The translations under genes and the position numbers were made by a program. Under the pieces are notes generated by a model that searched no databases, was not told the origin of the DNA, and saw nothing but the letters and a program-made list of their open reading frames with translations. DNA of 63,828 nucleotides, filler included, from Rozella allomycis CSF55 (lineage: Eukaryota), in the NCBI GenBank assembly GCA_000442015.1. It is 9 parts of 9 records of this genome, joined end to end, with 100 filler letters (N's around TTAATTAATTAA, not from the genome) between each part and the next. Parts side by side here need not be neighbours in the genome. Positions count along the whole stretch, not along the records: positions 9,363 to 30,023 come from KE561297.1; positions 30,124 to 33,472 come from KE561303.1; positions 33,573 to 35,057 come from KE561310.1; 6 more parts are not named here. One strand, written 5' to 3'. Shown here one piece after another: positions 23,425 through 34,996 of this stretch (position 1 is its first letter; every line of letters begins with the position of its first letter).

Positions 23425-25020
23425 TTATTCAAATGAAGATAATGCAGAGTAGTAATCACTATTAGAATCGGAATAATATTTTGTGCTGGTTTTGGATTTG
23501 TTAACTTTCATATTCAATATTTCATGAAATTTATCAGGAACTACAGAACTTTCTTTATATTGGTCCTCTTCAGAGCGCAAAGTTTTGGACTTTTCAGCTT
23601 CGAGGCACGGAATACAAATGTCTTTAACATTAATGAAAGGTCTTTTCATTTTTTTCCCCGTCCAATAATTTTGAAGAAATGCATCGAGCCTTTTAATTGA
23701 ATGACTATTAAAATGTGATTCAAATATATTCTCTTGACTTAAATCGTTTACGATTTCGTGTAGTAGAGAAAAGGTATGAGATACCTCCAAAACAAAGGCA
23801 AGATCTTGAATTTGATTTAGTTGGATGATATTTTCTTCATGTCTCTTTTGAATTAATTTCTCAGCTTTCATTAAGTTAAATCTAAGCAATTCCACAAAAA
23901 TGACAGTGTATTTTTCCAAGTATACTTCAAAAGCCCAGGGACGTTGAGCCATAACTATAAGATGAACAATATACATTTGAGGGCGCGTGTGAGTATAATC
24001 CAAAATTCTTGTGAATGAGTCTTTATCATAAATAGAGTGACTTGCCATTTTCACCAAAACCGGCCAATATTTTTCTTCATCAATTAAATCAGCTACCAAA
24101 GACAATTTATGCCTTCTATATTTTACCAAACTATAGGCCAAATTTAAATTTCCGCTTCGAAAAATAGCTTTATACCAAAATTTCGGATCTGAGTAAACAA
24201 GATTAACAAAGATGGGCACTGATATGTTTATACTTGAAGACTCCAAGAAGAACTTTATACGTGGCTGTGTGGAAACTAGAACTTTCAAGGTTTGGAACAT
24301 TTTCCTATGGATCAATTTATCACGCATTATCAAGGCTACTTTTACCTTGTCATCATCGACATCAATGTCTTGTTTTTCGGCAGACGCTGGAGTTACTTTT
24401 TGAAAGGAAGCATTGATGTTATTTGATGCCCTATTATTTTTGGGGCGAATCCCGTAAATTGATGACAAGTCCCTGTTGAGGTCCTTTCCTAGAAATAAAT
24501 TGGCTAGTTTTAGAAGATTCAGTGAAATAACGTTTTCAACAATACTTGTAAAATTATCTTTTACACGGAGCCTGATAAAGAAAAGTTTACTAGGTCGTAG
24601 CCCTATCACATGGTAAGCCTCGTCAAAAAGAAGAAAAGCTTTAAACTCTATCATCTTATTGTATAAGATATCCAGAAGAACTTCATCAGTACTATTAAGA
24701 AATTTTTTAACGGGAAAATCGGCAATGGCATTACGAAGTTGGGTCTCGTTCACGATGTTAACATCTACCCAGCAAGCGATTAATAAATTTTGTTTTGGAC
24801 TTAGCTTTCTTGGAAAAGTGAGATCTTTTGGCAGATGACCTTTGTTCGCCATCTTGGCACATAGAGAAGGAGTCTTGACCAGGAGATTGTTGGCTTTATC
24901 AAACAAACCTCTTTTCAGGGAGTTCTCAAAATCCCGTTCTTGTTGGCAAAACACTAGCGAAAATAACAGCAGCTGGAAAAAGAATTGCATGACACGTGGC
25001 TGGCACCCTGACCCATGCAA
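23425..25020 (-). CDS. Orphan secreted protein
   Basis: MQFFFQLLLFSLVFC signal peptide; ~520 aa, intronless. Confidence 0.7.
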   Translation of the reverse strand: MHGSGCQPRVMQFFFQLLLFSLVFCQQERDFENSLKRGLFDKANNLLVKTPSLCAKMANKGHLPKDLTFPRKLSPKQNLLIACWVDVNIVNETQLRNAIADFPVKKFLNSTDEVLLDILYNKMIEFKAFLLFDEAYHVIGLRPSKLFFIRLRVKDNFTSIVENVISLNLLKLANLFLGKDLNRDLSSIYGIRPKNNRASNNINASFQKVTPASAEKQDIDVDDDKVKVALIMRDKLIHRKMFQTLKVLVSTQPRIKFFLESSSINISVPIFVNLVYSDPKFWYKAIFRSGNLNLAYSLVKYRRHKLSLVADLIDEEKYWPVLVKMASHSIYDKDSFTRILDYTHTRPQMYIVHLIVMAQRPWAFEVYLEKYTVIFVELLRFNLMKAEKLIQKRHEENIIQLNQIQDLAFVLEVSHTFSLLHEIVNDLSQENIFESHFNSHSIKRLDAFLQNYWTGKKMKRPFINVKDICIPCLEAEKSKTLRSEEDQYKESSVVPDKFHEILNMKVNKSKTSTKYYSDSNSDYYSALSSFE

Positions 25021-25204
25021 TTGTTTAGCTGTATCGGCACAATCTCTGTGCCAAAGATACGAGCAAAGTATAAAGCTAAGAATAAAAGAGTATAAAATAA
25101 TTAAAATTTATTTGAAATATGCTGCTGATCTAGTAAAACAATGTGTCTGAATCGCTCTCATTTATTGCCGATAGTCGTCTTTTACCATCCTAATAGTCCA
25201 CTAA

Positions 25205-26437
25205 TCAAACACTTACCATATTAGATTTCGATTTTGACATTATTCTTGCCATAGTCTTTATGGAAGGCACAAATCCATCAGGAAAGTAGCTCTCAAAAGT
25301 CTTCAAGTAAATATCTTCCTTTACAACTCCCGGATTTAATTGTTTCAAAGCTTGCACGGATATTTGGGCATTATTGAAAGCTTTTAAGAACAAGTATGTA
25401 TTATCTTCCGCTTCTCTGTACTCTTCCGCCGACATTCCAAGTTCGGAGGGGTTGAATTCATCGTCTTCATTGGACAGGATGTCTTCGAATGCAAAGTTTT
25501 CGAAATCAAATGTTCCGTCATCTTTATCCAACTCCTTTTCACTTTTGCCATCTAGTTGAGATTTTTGCCAATTATTACCTGACACCTTTTTGTATACATT
25601 TTGAATAACCTTCTCAGGAACCATATGCTTAAACACGTCAAACATCGCGTCCAATTCATCTGCCAAATCATTCGCAACATTTTTCGCATCCAGTGCGCGT
25701 TTCTGGAAATAGCTTGTTTGCAATCGAGCGTGTTTCAGATCCTCTTTCAAGATCTGGTTTTCCTTTGCCAGCTTTTCAATAAGTTTTCTAGATTCCTCCA
25801 ACTCCTTTTCTTTATTATTTGGAGCTCTTTGAGTGACTTGAATGTCATCTTTGGCCTTGTTTAGTGGAACAGGTGCCTTGTATCTGGCCTTCATATTGGG
25901 CTCGCTTGATCGGCGCTGCAAAGTAGGCACAGGTATTGGCCTCGGATCGATGTTAGTCTTGGTGGGCGATACCGTGGAAAGTCTTGATCTTGCGGTACCG
26001 TTAGAAAGTCGCGAGTTGGCAATGTTAGCAGCGTTCCTTAGATTAGGCTCGCTCGATCTTCTCGGCAAACTTTGGTTCACAGCTCTCTTTGCAACAACCG
26101 AAGATGTCAAAGGTTTAGCACCGTCATTCTTGACATTAGCAAAACGAACAGAGTTGGTAGGCGATCCTTTACCCTGTGAACGTAGAATAAAGCCGAGACA
26201 CTGTTTCAAATTTGGCGCGTAGCTTGGCACAGAGTTACAGATACTTGGGTCCTTGAGACACAGTTCTCTGATCACCTGTGAGTTTTCGCATTTTGCACGT
26301 AGGAAACTGCAGCTTAAAACACTTTCAGCCTCTTGCCATTCCCTTTGAGCAATAAAAGACCCTAATTGCTGAAAGACGTCTTGTGTTGCTAGTACAGCAG
26401 AAAAGCAAATTGCTAGTAAAAGAAAAAAAGAGTTCAT
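25205..26437 (-). CDS. Orphan secreted protein with coiled coil and repeated RRSSEPN motif
   Basis: Signal peptide MNSFFLLLAICFSAVLA, Cys-containing N-domain, two RRSSEPN copies. Confidence 0.7.
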   Translation of the reverse strand: MNSFFLLLAICFSAVLATQDVFQQLGSFIAQREWQEAESVLSCSFLRAKCENSQVIRELCLKDPSICNSVPSYAPNLKQCLGFILRSQGKGSPTNSVRFANVKNDGAKPLTSSVVAKRAVNQSLPRRSSEPNLRNAANIANSRLSNGTARSRLSTVSPTKTNIDPRPIPVPTLQRRSSEPNMKARYKAPVPLNKAKDDIQVTQRAPNNKEKELEESRKLIEKLAKENQILKEDLKHARLQTSYFQKRALDAKNVANDLADELDAMFDVFKHMVPEKVIQNVYKKVSGNNWQKSQLDGKSEKELDKDDGTFDFENFAFEDILSNEDDEFNPSELGMSAEEYREAEDNTYLFLKAFNNAQISVQALKQLNPGVVKEDIYLKTFESYFPDGFVPSIKTMARIMSKSKSNMVSV

Positions 26438-26553
26438 GGNTTGCTAGTAAAAGAAAAAAATAGTTCATGGTGGCTCAGCCTGAAAATGGATCTACCAGGG
26501 TCAATGACACAAACGTCAATCTAATGATAAAGATAGTTTATTAATAATATGAA

Positions 26554-29547
26554 TTAACCGTCAGATTCTTCATCATCCGTATGCAATAATTTTCCTTTTC
26601 CGCCATCAATGAGCCACTTCAATTCTCTTTCTCTTCTTCTAGCCGCTTGAGCTTTCAATTGATTTCTAGTTAGTTTCTTCTTTTTATTCTTGACGTTTTT
26701 AACGACGCTATCATTGTTGCTATCTTTTTCAGATGAATTATTTTGCGAGTCTTCAAAAAGAGATTCTTCCGTTTCACGTTTGCCTGAAATGACAAGTTTG
26801 GAGTTGGCGACATTCCAGATTTCTGGACATAAAGCTTTGATGAATTCGCTGTTGTGGGAGATCATGACTACAGCGCCGCCCCAATCGCGGATTGCAGTTG
26901 CGAGGCCACCGAGAGCGTCTCTGTCTAAAAAGTTTGTGGGTTCATCCAGGACAAGCAAATGCGGATTGTTCCACATACAGGCAGCAATCACAACTTTAAC
27001 TTTTTGACCGCCAGATAGACCGCTGATTGAATTGTGAAGAGCGATTGACGGATCCAAACCGACATCTTGAAAATGCTTGCAAATTGCTTCATGCGTTAAT
27101 TCTCTGTATCCCAAACCTTCTCGTGAAGCTTCATAATCATCAAACGCTTGAACCAACTTTGAAAATCCATTTTCTATTAATTCTTCCCTGGGAATCCACG
27201 TGTTCCAGCGATGCTCTAAATTCTTCCATTTGATTTCGTATTGAAACGATTTCTTCAATTTTTGTCTACCAAAGATGCATTCAACGAAGCGTGATTGACC
27301 GTTAATTGAAATTGGCTTTTCCAACAACTTTTCTTCTTCAGGGGTTAATTTTCTTGATGCTTTTAAAAGAATTTCTCTGTCTTCTCCACCTTGATAACGC
27401 CAACGTAAATAAGCAGCTGGCGTGTCATCTTTGTGTTGCTCCAAATGATGAAATGCATACTGCGCCACATACCCAATGCGCAAATTTGGATGTTTTTCAA
27501 TCAAACCAGAGTCAGGGATTAATTCTCCAGTCATTAATTTAATTAAAGTTGATTTTCCAGCACCATTTTGACCAATAATGCCAACTCTTGATGAAAGTGA
27601 TAATTGACAAGAAACATTAACTAGAGCGGCTGTTTCTCTGCTTGGATATTTAAACGTTACATTATTCATCTTAAGAATCGCTTTCGTTTGGCTTTTCACT
27701 CCAGCAAGAAACGCTGGTTTAGGAAACACAAATTTCTCATCTGATGAAAGAGTGTAATAAGCTTTGGCTTCTGGTTTAATCTTAACAAATGCACTTAGAT
27801 TGCCAGGGTAGTTGACTAATTTTTTAGTTTCATAATGAATGATATCTGAACAAACATTATCAAGAAATGCAGAATCATGAGAAACAATCAAACAAGTAAT
27901 TTTACATTTCAAAAGATATTCTTCCAACCACTTGACATTAGTTTCATCCAAATGATTCGTTGGTTCATCCAATAATAAAATGTCAGCCTCCAAGAGAATC
28001 GCTTTTGCCAACTCCAATTTCATCTTCATCCCTCCACTCAAACTCTTCACTGGGAAATTAAACATTTCTTTTCCAAATCCAACTTTTATTAAAGCATTTT
28101 CAACTTTTTCTCTTTTAATGTTTTTAATTCTTTCATTTTCTAACACAAAATCAAACAGCGCTAAATCTCCATTCTCCCCTTGCAACGCATGCTCAACTAG
28201 AACAGTCTTCAACTCTACTGGAAACCCTTCCACTTTCCCTTCTGAAATCGCTCTCATCAACGTTGTCTTTCCAACTCCATTTCTACCACAGAGCCCATAT
28301 CGCCTTCCCTTCTTCAACTTCAAACGAGTTCTATTCAACAATAACATCCCTCCATAGCCCAAACTAAACTCACAGTTGCACAAATCATCTTCTGTATCAT
28401 CTACACCTTCCTCTGTATACAAATCCTTGTCTCGCTTCTTGAAAAACTCAATCACCCAAAGTCGCTTTTCCAAACACTCAAACGATAAAACTTTCTCCCA
28501 CTTTTTATTATTAAATTGTCTTTGCTTTATCAACTTCACCAACATCGGTACAACAAACTCAGCCTCTGGTATTTCCCACCTTACCAATCCTTCAATCTCT
28601 TCATCATCCATCTTAATTGCTCCAACTCTCTTCTTCTCCAATATATCCTTTGCCATCTGCGACAAATTTCTAATCTCAGGAAACGAAGCCGTCTCTATCA
28701 TTCTATCCAACCAAGGCAACAACATCGGTGCAAACACCTCCACATCATTCGCACTTCTCACCATCTCCATCAAATTCCTTATAATAATAACAGTCCTTCT
28801 CGTAGTCACAGACGACCGTATCGACAATGCTCGAACCAGCAATGGAACCAAAATCGCCAAAGCAGCCCTCGTCACATCAGCCACAAACGTCGTCGCCTCC
28901 AATTTCTGAATCACATTCTCCAACTCACTAGGCACGGCCATCGTATGGATCAAATCATCCATCAACGGCTGTATATCCGGATTCCCAACAACCCCGCCAA
29001 TCACCCGCATACTCTCCTTCGCAGCGTCAGACACCTCCGTCTTGATCTCATGCATACACAGCGATATCGGCTCGATAATGTCTGCCAAACAATTAGCAAT
29101 CAACTCGGGCTCATTCTTCGAAATCTCAGCCAACAACTTTACAGCAGCAACCTTCGCCTGCCACTTGCCATTCTCCATAATATCATACAACACAGGCAAC
29201 AAGTAACACTCCATCACAGTCGGAGGCAGCAAATCAACAAGCTCGCTAATCGCATTGCGCGCAGCTGCTCGCACAGGCTCGCCCTTGTCGCCATGCAGCT
29301 CCAAAATTACATCCACATACGCAAGCACCTGGGGCACTACAACTACCCCAACTTTTTTCAGCAATACTTCGAATCCTATCATCGCACTCTCTCTGTTAAA
29401 GCCGGACTTGTGTTTCGCATTCTTGGCAAGGTTCTCGAGAATAGATGTATCGTAGCTCTTTTGATATTCTATAGCTACTTTTTCAGCTGTTTCATAACAT
29501 TCTTCACTCGTATCGCAAATGTAGAGCTTTTGAAGAAGTTCCTCCAT
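26554..29547 (-). CDS. NEW1: eEF3-family ABCF ATPase, New1/Elf1 type
   Basis: HEAT repeats, two ABC cassettes, chromodomain insert GRQKLKKSFQYEIKW, C-terminal KKKKLTRNQLKA..RRR..W..TDDEE typical of New1/Elf1. Confidence 0.85.
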   Translation of the reverse strand: MEELLQKLYICDTSEECYETAEKVAIEYQKSYDTSILENLAKNAKHKSGFNRESAMIGFEVLLKKVGVVVVPQVLAYVDVILELHGDKGEPVRAAARNAISELVDLLPPTVMECYLLPVLYDIMENGKWQAKVAAVKLLAEISKNEPELIANCLADIIEPISLCMHEIKTEVSDAAKESMRVIGGVVGNPDIQPLMDDLIHTMAVPSELENVIQKLEATTFVADVTRAALAILVPLLVRALSIRSSVTTRRTVIIIRNLMEMVRSANDVEVFAPMLLPWLDRMIETASFPEIRNLSQMAKDILEKKRVGAIKMDDEEIEGLVRWEIPEAEFVVPMLVKLIKQRQFNNKKWEKVLSFECLEKRLWVIEFFKKRDKDLYTEEGVDDTEDDLCNCEFSLGYGGMLLLNRTRLKLKKGRRYGLCGRNGVGKTTLMRAISEGKVEGFPVELKTVLVEHALQGENGDLALFDFVLENERIKNIKREKVENALIKVGFGKEMFNFPVKSLSGGMKMKLELAKAILLEADILLLDEPTNHLDETNVKWLEEYLLKCKITCLIVSHDSAFLDNVCSDIIHYETKKLVNYPGNLSAFVKIKPEAKAYYTLSSDEKFVFPKPAFLAGVKSQTKAILKMNNVTFKYPSRETAALVNVSCQLSLSSRVGIIGQNGAGKSTLIKLMTGELIPDSGLIEKHPNLRIGYVAQYAFHHLEQHKDDTPAAYLRWRYQGGEDREILLKASRKLTPEEEKLLEKPISINGQSRFVECIFGRQKLKKSFQYEIKWKNLEHRWNTWIPREELIENGFSKLVQAFDDYEASREGLGYRELTHEAICKHFQDVGLDPSIALHNSISGLSGGQKVKVVIAACMWNNPHLLVLDEPTNFLDRDALGGLATAIRDWGGAVVMISHNSEFIKALCPEIWNVANSKLVISGKRETEESLFEDSQNNSSEKDSNNDSVVKNVKNKKKKLTRNQLKAQAARRRERELKWLIDGGKGKLLHTDDEESDG

Positions 29548-29878
29548 GAAAAAAGTAGTGGCTGAGTTACGTTCATATGGTTTAACGGAGGCACAAATAG
29601 ACTATACTCACTGATTGTTTTGGAAAATAAATATTTCAATGTGCAATTATTCTCTCTGTTATAATGGTCGTATGTGTGCAGATTATGACTCCTGATGTAC
29701 CTGCATCAAATAGCAATAATAGCAAAAAGTAAAAAAAGGTGCACAATACTCTATTTATTAATAATATTCATCTAAAGTTGTTAAAAGACAACTTTGAGTG
29801 TTGAAAGTGCATTTGTTAGGTATTCAACGAGGTATGTACCTTACCTAGGTTCATACTAGCCACCAAAAATTAATCAGC

Positions 29879-30023
29879 ATGGAACACTTCCCATATGAAA
29901 TTTGGCACTTAATTTTGCCGCATCTTAACTTAAAGGACCTGAAAAAAGTTTCAAGAACTTCCAAATGGCTTCGTTCATTATGTTTAGACTCTATCCTTCA
30001 TCAAGCACCTGAAATATGTTGTT
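29879..30023 (+). CDS. F-box domain N-terminal fragment (runs into gap)
   Basis: FPYEIWHLILPHLNLKDLKKVSRTSKWLRSL. Confidence 0.75.
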
Positions 30024-30123
30024 NNNNNNNNNNNNNNNNNNNNNNNNNNNNNNNNNNNNNNNNNNNNTTAATTAATTAANNNNNNNNNNNNNNNNNNNNN
30101 NNNNNNNNNNNNNNNNNNNNNNN

Positions 30124-31288
30124 TCATAAAGAATGTTGACATTTATTTAGCGCCAACAAGCAATTACCTGAGACCAAGCCACCGCCTTAATGCTTCGACC
30201 ATCACGCCCGTCTTTTAAAGTTTTAAGCTCCAAGCCCGAGTATTTAAAAGCCTGTAACACACACCTCTATCCATCAAAACCTCTTCCAAATCCTAAGCGG
30301 AACAACATTATCAAGGAAATAATCTCGACTGAAGAATCATATATTCACCAACTGGATACAATTATTCAAGTAGATTTACAGCAAACGTGTTATAGGGATT
30401 CAAAAAGAATTTTGAAATATTGAATAACGTCACCCCGGAAATGGTAGACTCACTGTTTAGCAATATTGAACAAATATATTCGTTTCATGTTAGTCTGCTG
30501 GTAAAAATGAAAGAATCGGGAAACGATCTTTTAAATGTATTTCTGCCCATGGAAGATGACGAATGGATAGAATTGTACACCATTTATTGCAATAATTATA
30601 CCAATGCAATCAAAACTCTGGAAAAGTATTGCCAGGATCCGCATTTCAAGGCATTCTTTCTCGGATGCAGATTGTTAATGTCACAGGAAATATCACTGGA
30701 AGGATATTTGTTGGTGCCAATTCAGAGGATATGTAGGTATCCACTCTTGTTGGCAGAAGTTTTGAAAACTTTTGATGAAAATGATCCTCTGTATACAAAG
30801 GCTTGGATGGCCAAGGAACGTGTGAAAAGACTGGCAGAGTTGGTGAATGAAGCGAAGAGGAGGGAAGAGAATGAAAAAAGATTTCTTCAATATAAGGATT
30901 TATTTGATATCGAAATAGTAATTTAATTATTTTTAATCGATAGGATTTCACAGGAAACAACCAGCTAATTCAACTGTCAAGCGCTAAAAAGATTTCACAC
31001 AGAAAAACACAAACCAGACTTTTGTTTTTGTTTAATAACATTCTGGTTTACACAAAACCACTCTCAAGAAAAAAATATTCTGTTAGAGGAATAATTCCAT
31101 TGGACCAGCTGGCTGCTTTTGATGTTGCTGATGGAACTAATTTGTATGGAATTGAGCTTCATAATGCATGGAGATTAGAAAGAAACGATACTCTTTATCC
31201 TAAAACGTATCACGTAATCATGTCAAGTCAAAAAGAAAAATCTGATTTCCTTTCGAGGCTAAAAGAGGCCCAAGAGTTACTTTCGTAA
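30124..31288 (+). CDS. Dbl-family RhoGEF (DH-PH)
   Basis: EIISTEESYIHQL, LFSNIEQIY, LLVPIQRICRYPLLL, FLFNNILVY; two 26-nt introns. Confidence 0.88.
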
Positions 31289-31354
31289 ATTTAGATTCAA
31301 AATAAAATGTTTTGTTTATTTAATTAAATATTCTTACTGGAATCTTACAGTTTT

Positions 31355-31765
31355 CTATTGCTGAAACGGATTTGGAATTTCCTTCATTCCTTCGACGGGA
31401 CTAATCACAATTATTTGTGTTCCACGACACACAACCAATCCCAAATTTCTTTTTTTCTCTGTTATAACGTTTAAATCAGATGGATCTTAGTTGACAAACA
31501 GCAAAAATGGTATTACCTCGCATAAGTTCAACTGTGTCATCCAAAACTAAATTCATCAAATTATCATGACCTTTTAAAACACCTTGAACTATTTTTAATA
31601 TACAATAAATTAATAACCTTCTCTTCCTCCATGAAATTTCACTCGTATCATTTTATTTTCATATTTTTGGTATTCCAATATGCTTTCACGCTTTTGTGGT
31701 TCTTGTTTCCTTCCAGTACCTTGATTTCTACCAGTCCCGCGACCTCTGGAATTCCCGCTACTCAT
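31355..31765 (-). CDS. LSM7: U6 snRNA-associated Sm-like protein LSm7
   Basis: IRVKFHGGRE|VQGVLKGHDNLMNLVLDD...LGLVVCRG...NPF; two introns; absent from the ORF track. Confidence 0.92.
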
Positions 31766-31799
31766 TTCTTTTGATTTTGAAATTTACAAAATCGGTTTA

Positions 31800-32741
31800 A
31801 TGATCTCAATTATCACAAGGTGTACATTGTCAACCCTTTATGCACTGTATTTTGTCATTTATGGAATTCAATTCTCTAGAATCCTCTATAATGGGCACCG
31901 CGCAATCTCATTCCAAAGTATGTTCTTCGTCGCAAATTGCTTATGGTGCGTATCTCGTGTTCTTAATATATCATTTCTAATTCACTGTGAACAATTATTC
32001 GCGGCGCCTGTATATTTCCATTTTTTGCTTCATTTGGCTAGCGCTACAATGACAATTTCAAAGAAGAGGAGCTCCTGGCTGGGCCTAGTTTTAGTCACCC
32101 TGGCGGTTATTACCGCGACGCCATTGTTCATTATCAATTTGTACTTTCTTGTTATAATATATGATATTCTTGGGATTATAGTGCATTTGATTGTTCTACT
32201 TGTTGGATTGAAGGAGAAGCCCACTTTTAAACCCTATCCAACTCAAGCAAAAGAAAACATTTATATTCAAAGGTTTCTAATACTAATAAGTACATCAAGA
32301 GCTATATTTATTGTTGTTTCTTTAAGCATTTTATGGAAATCCTCATTTACAGTTGAAACTATCAAGGACATTTTTGATTTCTTAATTTCATTGGGGCTTA
32401 TATTTTTTGAGCTTGTGCCAATGGGGATATATCTTTATTTGCTCAGAAAGATACCAAAGAAAAGTAAAAGAACGCGATTTGCTTCATTTACTTGGCAATC
32501 CGAACCGATTGAAAATTTTGAGGCCGAATTATCATGTCATTCCGATCTTCCATCACAAAGTCTTCCATTTAATACAATATCTGAAAGTTCACCCAATGCT
32601 CTTCCGCATCCTTTTACTTTCCCATCAAAATTTATTGAACCAGGGTCATCAATGCCGGATTATTCATTGTCAAATAAAGAATCGTCAAAAAGGCTGCAAA
32701 CGTTTTTCAGAGAAAAGTTGAAGAATTCCCAAATGGTTTAA
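31800..32741 (+). CDS. Multi-pass membrane protein, GPR137/TOM1-like
   Basis: About 6-7 TM segments; SFQSMFF..CLW, FELVP motifs. Confidence 0.5.
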   Translation: MISIITRCTLSTLYALYFVIYGIQFSRILYNGHRAISFQSMFFVANCLWCVSRVLNISFLIHCEQLFAAPVYFHFLLHLASATMTISKKRSSWLGLVLVTLAVITATPLFIINLYFLVIIYDILGIIVHLIVLLVGLKEKPTFKPYPTQAKENIYIQRFLILISTSRAIFIVVSLSILWKSSFTVETIKDIFDFLISLGLIFFELVPMGIYLYLLRKIPKKSKRTRFASFTWQSEPIENFEAELSCHSDLPSQSLPFNTISESSPNALPHPFTFPSKFIEPGSSMPDYSLSNKESSKRLQTFFREKLKNSQMV

Positions 32742-32807
32742 TGTAAATTATAAATACAGAGTAAATAAATTTCAAAATGATATGAACTCTTCGATTCTCA
32801 ATTTATT

Positions 32808-33472
32808 TTATTCATAGTAAGAGACTTGATGATCTTTTTTCTTCATTAAAAATGGCGTTTTGTTATAGTCCGCAGCCAATTTATACGTTTGCTTTGGTAA
32901 AGATGAAGCGAGGCCATAATTTAAACGAACTTTCAATCCATAAACTCCAAAATGAGTTAAAATTTGAGAATTCGAAGTTTCACGCAAATAACTCTCATTC
33001 AAAAACGAGGGTTTTCCTTTAATATGATTCAATTTCATGGCGAGGTCTGCCTTTTGTGGACCGCCTAATTTGATTTGTAAACCAAGTAGCTTTTTTGAAG
33101 AGTTTGATTCTGGGTGAATATTGTGTTCGACAACATTTGGTTCCACAGTGCGCGCCACGCTGTCAGTGTTTACAATGTTCTTGGCCACAATTTCTAATTC
33201 ATCTTTTATCCCATGGCTGTATTTACACAATGGGGCTATAAAAATGCGTATTTATTTTTACCTTCACGCACAAGTCTTCTGGAAAGCCTTCTTCCCATTT
33301 CAAGGTACATTGCAATGATTCTCCTTTGATATCGAACTGTATTCCATATTTCATTTTTTGAATCTGCAATAATTTTTGGAAGTCTTCTCATAAAATCAAC
33401 ATGGCAGTATGAATGATCTCTAATGAAAAAGTTTCTCAAAAGCGCCACAAGCATTTCTGAGCTGGCAAGTGG
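32808..33472 (-). CDS. Mitochondrial ribosomal protein uS3m (Rps3/Var1-like), nuclear-encoded, 5' end in gap
   Basis: LLGLQIKLGG...SQILTHFGVYGLKVRLNY matches the S3 C-terminal domain; a 26-nt intron joins the two ORFs. Confidence 0.6.
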
Positions 33473-33572
33473 NNNNNNNNNNNNNNNNNNNNNNNNNNNN
33501 NNNNNNNNNNNNNNNNTTAATTAATTAANNNNNNNNNNNNNNNNNNNNNNNNNNNNNNNNNNNNNNNNNNNN

Positions 33573-33857
33573 GATCAACACACAAGTGGAACAGACCTGG
33601 AACAGAATGTACATGGCATCGGCAAAATCAATGAAAGGTTTGCACTTAAAATTAAATATAGATGCAGGTTGCGTAAAGACGATGACAAAACATACTTGAT
33701 TGATTAATTGAAATAGTGAGGCAAACATTTGAACGATTTCAAGTATATTTTTCTTCTCCTTGGCTATCTTTACAGTAACCATCAAATTCTGGAATCCAAG
33801 AATCAAAGAAGCACCCAGTAATTCATTGACAAGATGAATGATTGAAAGATCGGTCAT
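33573..33857 (-). CDS. Unknown multi-pass membrane protein (GPCR-like), truncated by gap
   Basis: Three hydrophobic helices with a Cys before the third. Confidence 0.45.
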
Positions 33858-33897
33858 ATGTTAAATTTCCCGTGCCCAATGACAAAAATAAGTAATG

Positions 33898-34996
33898 CTA
33901 TTTATTAAATTTCCATAATTTTATACTCTTGTCACCATCAGTCGAACCCGATGCTATCAATAAATTGGATGAACATGCATCCACCGCTAAAACAGGCCCT
34001 TATTATATTGAAATGTAAAAAAAATAATACCTGAGTGGCATTCAATTACAAATGAAATACTTTTTGATTGTAAATCCCATATGTAAAATTTGTTTTCATC
34101 AGACCCGCTAAGGACAAATTGTGAATTATCGTCAGCAGAGAAAAATGTTGAATAGCAACAGAATTTTTGATTTTTATGACCTTGATATGTTTTAATTGGC
34201 TTTGCGGCTTGAACATTCCATAATCTAATCTTGCTATCTAGAGATGAAGACAGGAGATATTTTCCGTTTGGCGAAAATTTCACATGAGATCTATTTTAGC
34301 ATAAAGAGGTGGTTACAATGGTGGGTTATCATTATCAATGAAGGTTTTGAGACAATTCCCGTTAGAGGAGTCCCAAATTCTAATAAGTCCATCATAACTG
34401 CATGAAGCAAGAAGGGTGCCATCCGGTGAATAATCTAGTCCTGAGACAGGATCTGCATGTGCGGGAAGTGTATTTAGACATTTATCTGATTATTGAGCTA
34501 AAATACAATAAATACTTCCTAGTGTATCCCAAATTTTAATAGTCTCGTCAAATGAGCCAGATGCTAACAAAGTTGATGCTGGATTAAATGCAACGTTGAA
34601 CACGTAATTATTGTGCCCGGAAAATTCTCTGATGCAAGATGACTATATTAAGAAATTTAACTATTTAATTACTGTTCTTTTATCCCAGACCATAACTCTA
34701 GCATCATCTGAAGCAGAGGCTATAAAATTCCCATCCCTTGACCAGCACAAATCTGATATTCCCTGTAAGTGACCTTTTAACGTCGCTGAACAATTTAAAG
34801 TTTCAGTGTCGGTTAATTTAATTTCTTTATCAGTGGCTATATCACAATGAGAAAGAAGGCTACCAGATGAAGCAATGAGATTTCCTTGAGGACAAAACTT
34901 AATGCAGGAAATGGAGCCTTCGTGAATATTCAAAGTATTTAGTATTGTTAAAGATTGTGTATTGTTTGTTCGGCTATGATAGAATGTTGAATTCAT
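33898..34996 (-). CDS. WDR5: WD40 protein WDR5/Swd3 (COMPASS)
   Basis: [47 protein letters not shown]; five short introns. Confidence 0.88.

Noticed and set aside
28376-29565. Long plus-strand ORFs (349 aa, 177 aa)
   Set aside because: Antisense shadows of NEW1 favoured by strand skew; the same applies to most short antisense ORFs in the track
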